Below, piece by piece: positions 60,900 through 64,000 of a stretch of DNA of 64,000 nt (the first letter of the stretch is position 1; each line of letters begins with the position of its first letter). A program made the translations under genes and the position numbers. The DNA is taken from assembly GCF_009914755.1 (NCBI RefSeq), contig NC_060931.1. One strand, given 5' to 3'. This DNA comes from the human T2T-CHM13v2.0 reference genome, Homo sapiens. A model generated the notes under the pieces. That model worked only from the letters and a program-made list of their open reading frames with translations. It was not told the DNA's origin and searched no databases.

Positions 60900-62010
60900 G
60901 GCTATGGCAGATGGCTGACATGATCTGACTTACTATTTTTAAACATCACTTTGCCTTTTGTGCTGATAGTGGACTACAGGTACACAAGGTCCCAAAAAGC
61001 GAGACCTGCCATGACACCATTGCTGTGATTCACATGGGAGGTAATAGGATTGGATCGGGGTGACAGTGATGGAGGTGATGAGATGTTGTTGCATTTGGGT
61101 TTATTTTTAAGGCAGAACAAGATTTGCTGAAGAATGAGATTTTGGTGTGAAAGACAGGGATTAAGGATGACTCCAAGTTTCTGGGCCTGAGCAGTTGAAA
61201 GTAAGGAATGGCCATTAACTGAGATGAGAAGACTATAGGAAGAATGGGGTTTGGTTCATGGAGGAAGGTCATGTTTGGTTTGGAATATATTGAATTTGAG
61301 ATACCCATTATCTGTACAAGTGGTGATGTGGAGGAAGTGTTTGGATAAGGGAGTTGGGAGTTCAAAGGAAAGGTCTGCAGCTTGAGATATGTTTTGTGAG
61401 TTTTCAAGGTGCAGAATGTATAGTGGATGAGGTCACTGGCAACTGGGGTTCTCAACCCTGGCCTCTGGATATTTGGAGAAAGATCTTTAGGGCAAAGGGA
61501 TTAGGAAATAAAATACAAATCAGCGATTATGATTCATTTGGAATGGAGTGGGTCCAAGGTATCAGCATCCTTTAGAAGCTCCCTATATGATTCTAATTTG
61601 AATGCAGGATTAAGAACTCTTGCCCAGAACATAGATAAAGTGCAAAAGTACTCCAAAAACTAAGCCCTGGGCCATTATGCCACTGTAGAAAATGAAGAGA
61701 AACTATCAAAAAAGTGAGGAAGAGTAGCTAGTAATGGAGAAGGGATAAAGAGGGGCAGCTTGGAAACCAAATGAAGGAAGTATTTTAAAACAGAGGGAGT
61801 GATCATGTGTCAAAAGCAACTGAGAAATCCAGTAAGATGAATGAGAAGTGACCATTGAAATTGTCACGTAGAAGTCACTGGTGACCTTCACCCTTTTAGT
61901 GTTGTGATCGGGCTAGAGTGTGATTGAGATGGATTCCAGAGAAAATGAGAAAAGAAAAATTGCAAATTGCAAATCTGGATTACTCTACCAAGGAGTTTTC
62001 CGAAAGGAGA
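60900..62010 (-). mobile_element. L2 fragment with an internal MER5-like insertion (~61445-61622)
   Basis: L2-like ggatgactccaagtttctgggcctgagcagttg...gccattaactgagatg and agaagtgaccattg; MER5-like ggttctcaaccctggc...aggattaagaactc. Confidence 0.65.
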
Positions 62011-62183
62011 ATAAGTAAAAATGTTAGGATATAAAGGCGAATGTTTTTAGAATGGGGTACATGGTTGAGTGCTATTGGTAATGAACTAGTAGAGGAGACA
62101 CTGATGATGCAGGAGCATGATGTTTTTGAGAAGGTGAGAGGGGAGGAGATTCATTACAAAGTACCCTGTGGTGTTGTAGGGGA

Positions 62184-62231
62184 GTGTATGTGCATGCGTG
62201 CATGTGTGTGTGTGTGTGTGCGCGCGTGTGT
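62184..62231. repeat. 48-bp uninterrupted alternating purine-pyrimidine tract, (TG)n with CGCGCG
   Basis: gtgtatgtgcatgcgtgcatgtgtgtgtgtgtgtgtgcgcgcgtgtgt. Confidence 0.9.
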
Positions 62232-62262
62232 TTTATCTCTCTCAGATTTTAAAGAAAGGGTC

Positions 62263-62640
62263 ACCTGGGGCAGTGGCTCACATCTGTAATCCTGGCACTT
62301 TGGGAGGCCAAGGCGGGAGAATGGCTTGAGGTTAGGAATTTGAGACCAGTCTGGACCTCATCTCTACAGGAAAAAAAAAAAAAAATTAACCAGGCGTGGT
62401 GCTGCGTGCCTGTGGTCCTAGCTACTTTACTTAGGAGGCTGAGACAGGAGCATCACTTGAATCCAGGAGCCTGAGGCTGTGGTGAGCTATGGTTGTGCCA
62501 CTGCACTCCAGGCTGGGCAACAGAGTGCATGACCCTGCATCTAAACAGAAAAAAAAAAAGAAAAGAAAAGAAAAGAAAGAAAAAGAAAGAAAGAGAAAGA
62601 AAGAAAGAAAAGAAAAGAAAAGAGAAAGAGAAAAGAAAGG
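62263..62640 (+). mobile_element. AluJ with an expanded (AAAAG/AAAG)n tail
   Basis: cagtggctcacatctgtaatcc...gaccctgcatct plus a GA-rich tail of about 95 nt. AAAGAAAGGG occurs on both sides (probable TSD). Confidence 0.92.
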
Positions 62641-64000
62641 GCCCATGCCTGCAGAGCACTATTTTTTACAGTGACTTCTTTAGTTCTGTGTCTTACACAT
62701 ATGAGGCACTTTCAGTTTGTTCAAATGGAGCTCTTTCAAATAACCGGTAGGATATGGCATAGTAGATTTACAAGTTTTGGAGACTTTCTACCTAAGAAAA
62801 TATTTTATCATTTGGGACGATGAAAAATACACTAAAAGTTTCCATTGATTTTAGAAGCATTTCAAAAAATTATTTCTTAGTTACAATAATAGCACTAGAC
62901 ACTGCATAATACTACAATTCAGAGGAGGAAGTTTTGGGGAAAAATACAGATTGTGCAGGATGTTTGAATTTTATGACAAAAACTGTCTGATGACTCATGA
63001 GTGTCTTGTAGTTTATAAAGGGTATACATAGCGAAAAATAGTATCAAAGTGTTATTCATTGAATATAGCTTTCAACTTCAGTTATTTGAGATAACCACCT
63101 ATAGTAAAACCTTATCTCAGATGCTCATGTTAAATAAAAATATTTTCTTTATATTTTGCATTAGTCTAAACTTTACTTTAGCTAAAATATTTTACCTTTT
63201 TGAAAAATGAGTTGCATTGTTGAGGGTGGAAGAGTGAGTATATTTAAATCAGCTGGACTAAAGAAACATACTGATGTGTAATACATGCCTTAATTCATGT
63301 CCAAATGCCACATGATTTACCTTTTGGAAATCTAGAGAATGGAGAGCATTCTAAATTTTAAGCTTAGATGGATTATATTTATATTCTTTGTCATTAACTG
63401 AAAGTACTTCTTATAATACTATATTTTATATTTTTTATTATTGCCTTTGGTGGCTTTATAAATTACCTGTTTTCCCCCCAATGTTTTGTTGCTATATTCT
63501 TTCCATTTCTTTTTGTGTGCTTCCATCTCTGTATATACTTAAAAGATCTGTTGTTTGCCTGGCTGAATTGACACCAAAATGTTTAAGAACAGAGTATGTT
63601 AATATTGGGGGAAAATTAATTTCGGACATTAAGTTTTTAAAAAAGAAGATTTCAAAGGAATAGGAACAAAAGGGTACCACTTATGTCGAGGGGTGTGACT
63701 GTTTTATGCTCTAGTAGGAGGAGCATCTATCTTTGCAGATCAAGCCTGCCACCTCCAGAGTTTTGGTTATCTCATTTTGGTTGTTACTCCAAAGTACACC
63801 TTCCATATCTCTGTCTGACTGTCTCTGTTCCCCATGTCTCTTTCTCATCTCTCCTTCCTCTCTTCTCTCATTTCTCTATTTCATACTTTCTCTCCCTCCC
63901 CTCCCCTTACCTGTTTCATTTGCAAATTTTACATGATTTCATTTAATTATTGACTACCATTTATAGAAACCCAATGGCAGTGATTAATGACACTTTCCAC

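Overview
This is AT-rich, CpG-depleted primate (most likely human) genomic DNA from inside the MDFIC gene (MyoD family inhibitor domain-containing, also called HIC), transcribed on the + strand. Only two internal coding exons are present: 7069-7191 (123 nt) and 44301-44576 (276 nt). They splice in frame across a ~37.1 kb intron. The 5' exons and the last exon (Cys-rich I-mfa domain) lie outside the window. The rest is intron filled with transposable elements: ten Alus, one near-full-length antisense L1PA with target-site duplications (TSDs), MaLR solo LTRs, MER2/MER91/MER5/MER94 DNA-transposon relics, L2/MIR/old L1 fragments and microsatellites. Almost all ORFs in the supplied track are spurious or repeat-derived. 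I found no novel multi-gene system. The strongest observations are: (1) the L1 has its 5'UTR intron removed precisely at the known L1 splice sites, so it looks like a spliced integrated retrotransposed element (SpIRE); (2) one antisense Alu has its poly(A) tail replaced by an (AAGGG)n repeat, the same arrangement as the RFC1/CANVAS locus; (3) both exons are phase 1-1 and flanked by inverted Alus, which permits in-frame skipping or stop-free circRNAs; (4) a non-repeat CpG-retaining patch near 9.6-10.0 kb looks like an enhancer. Repeat subfamily names and old-repeat boundaries were judged by eye and are approximate.
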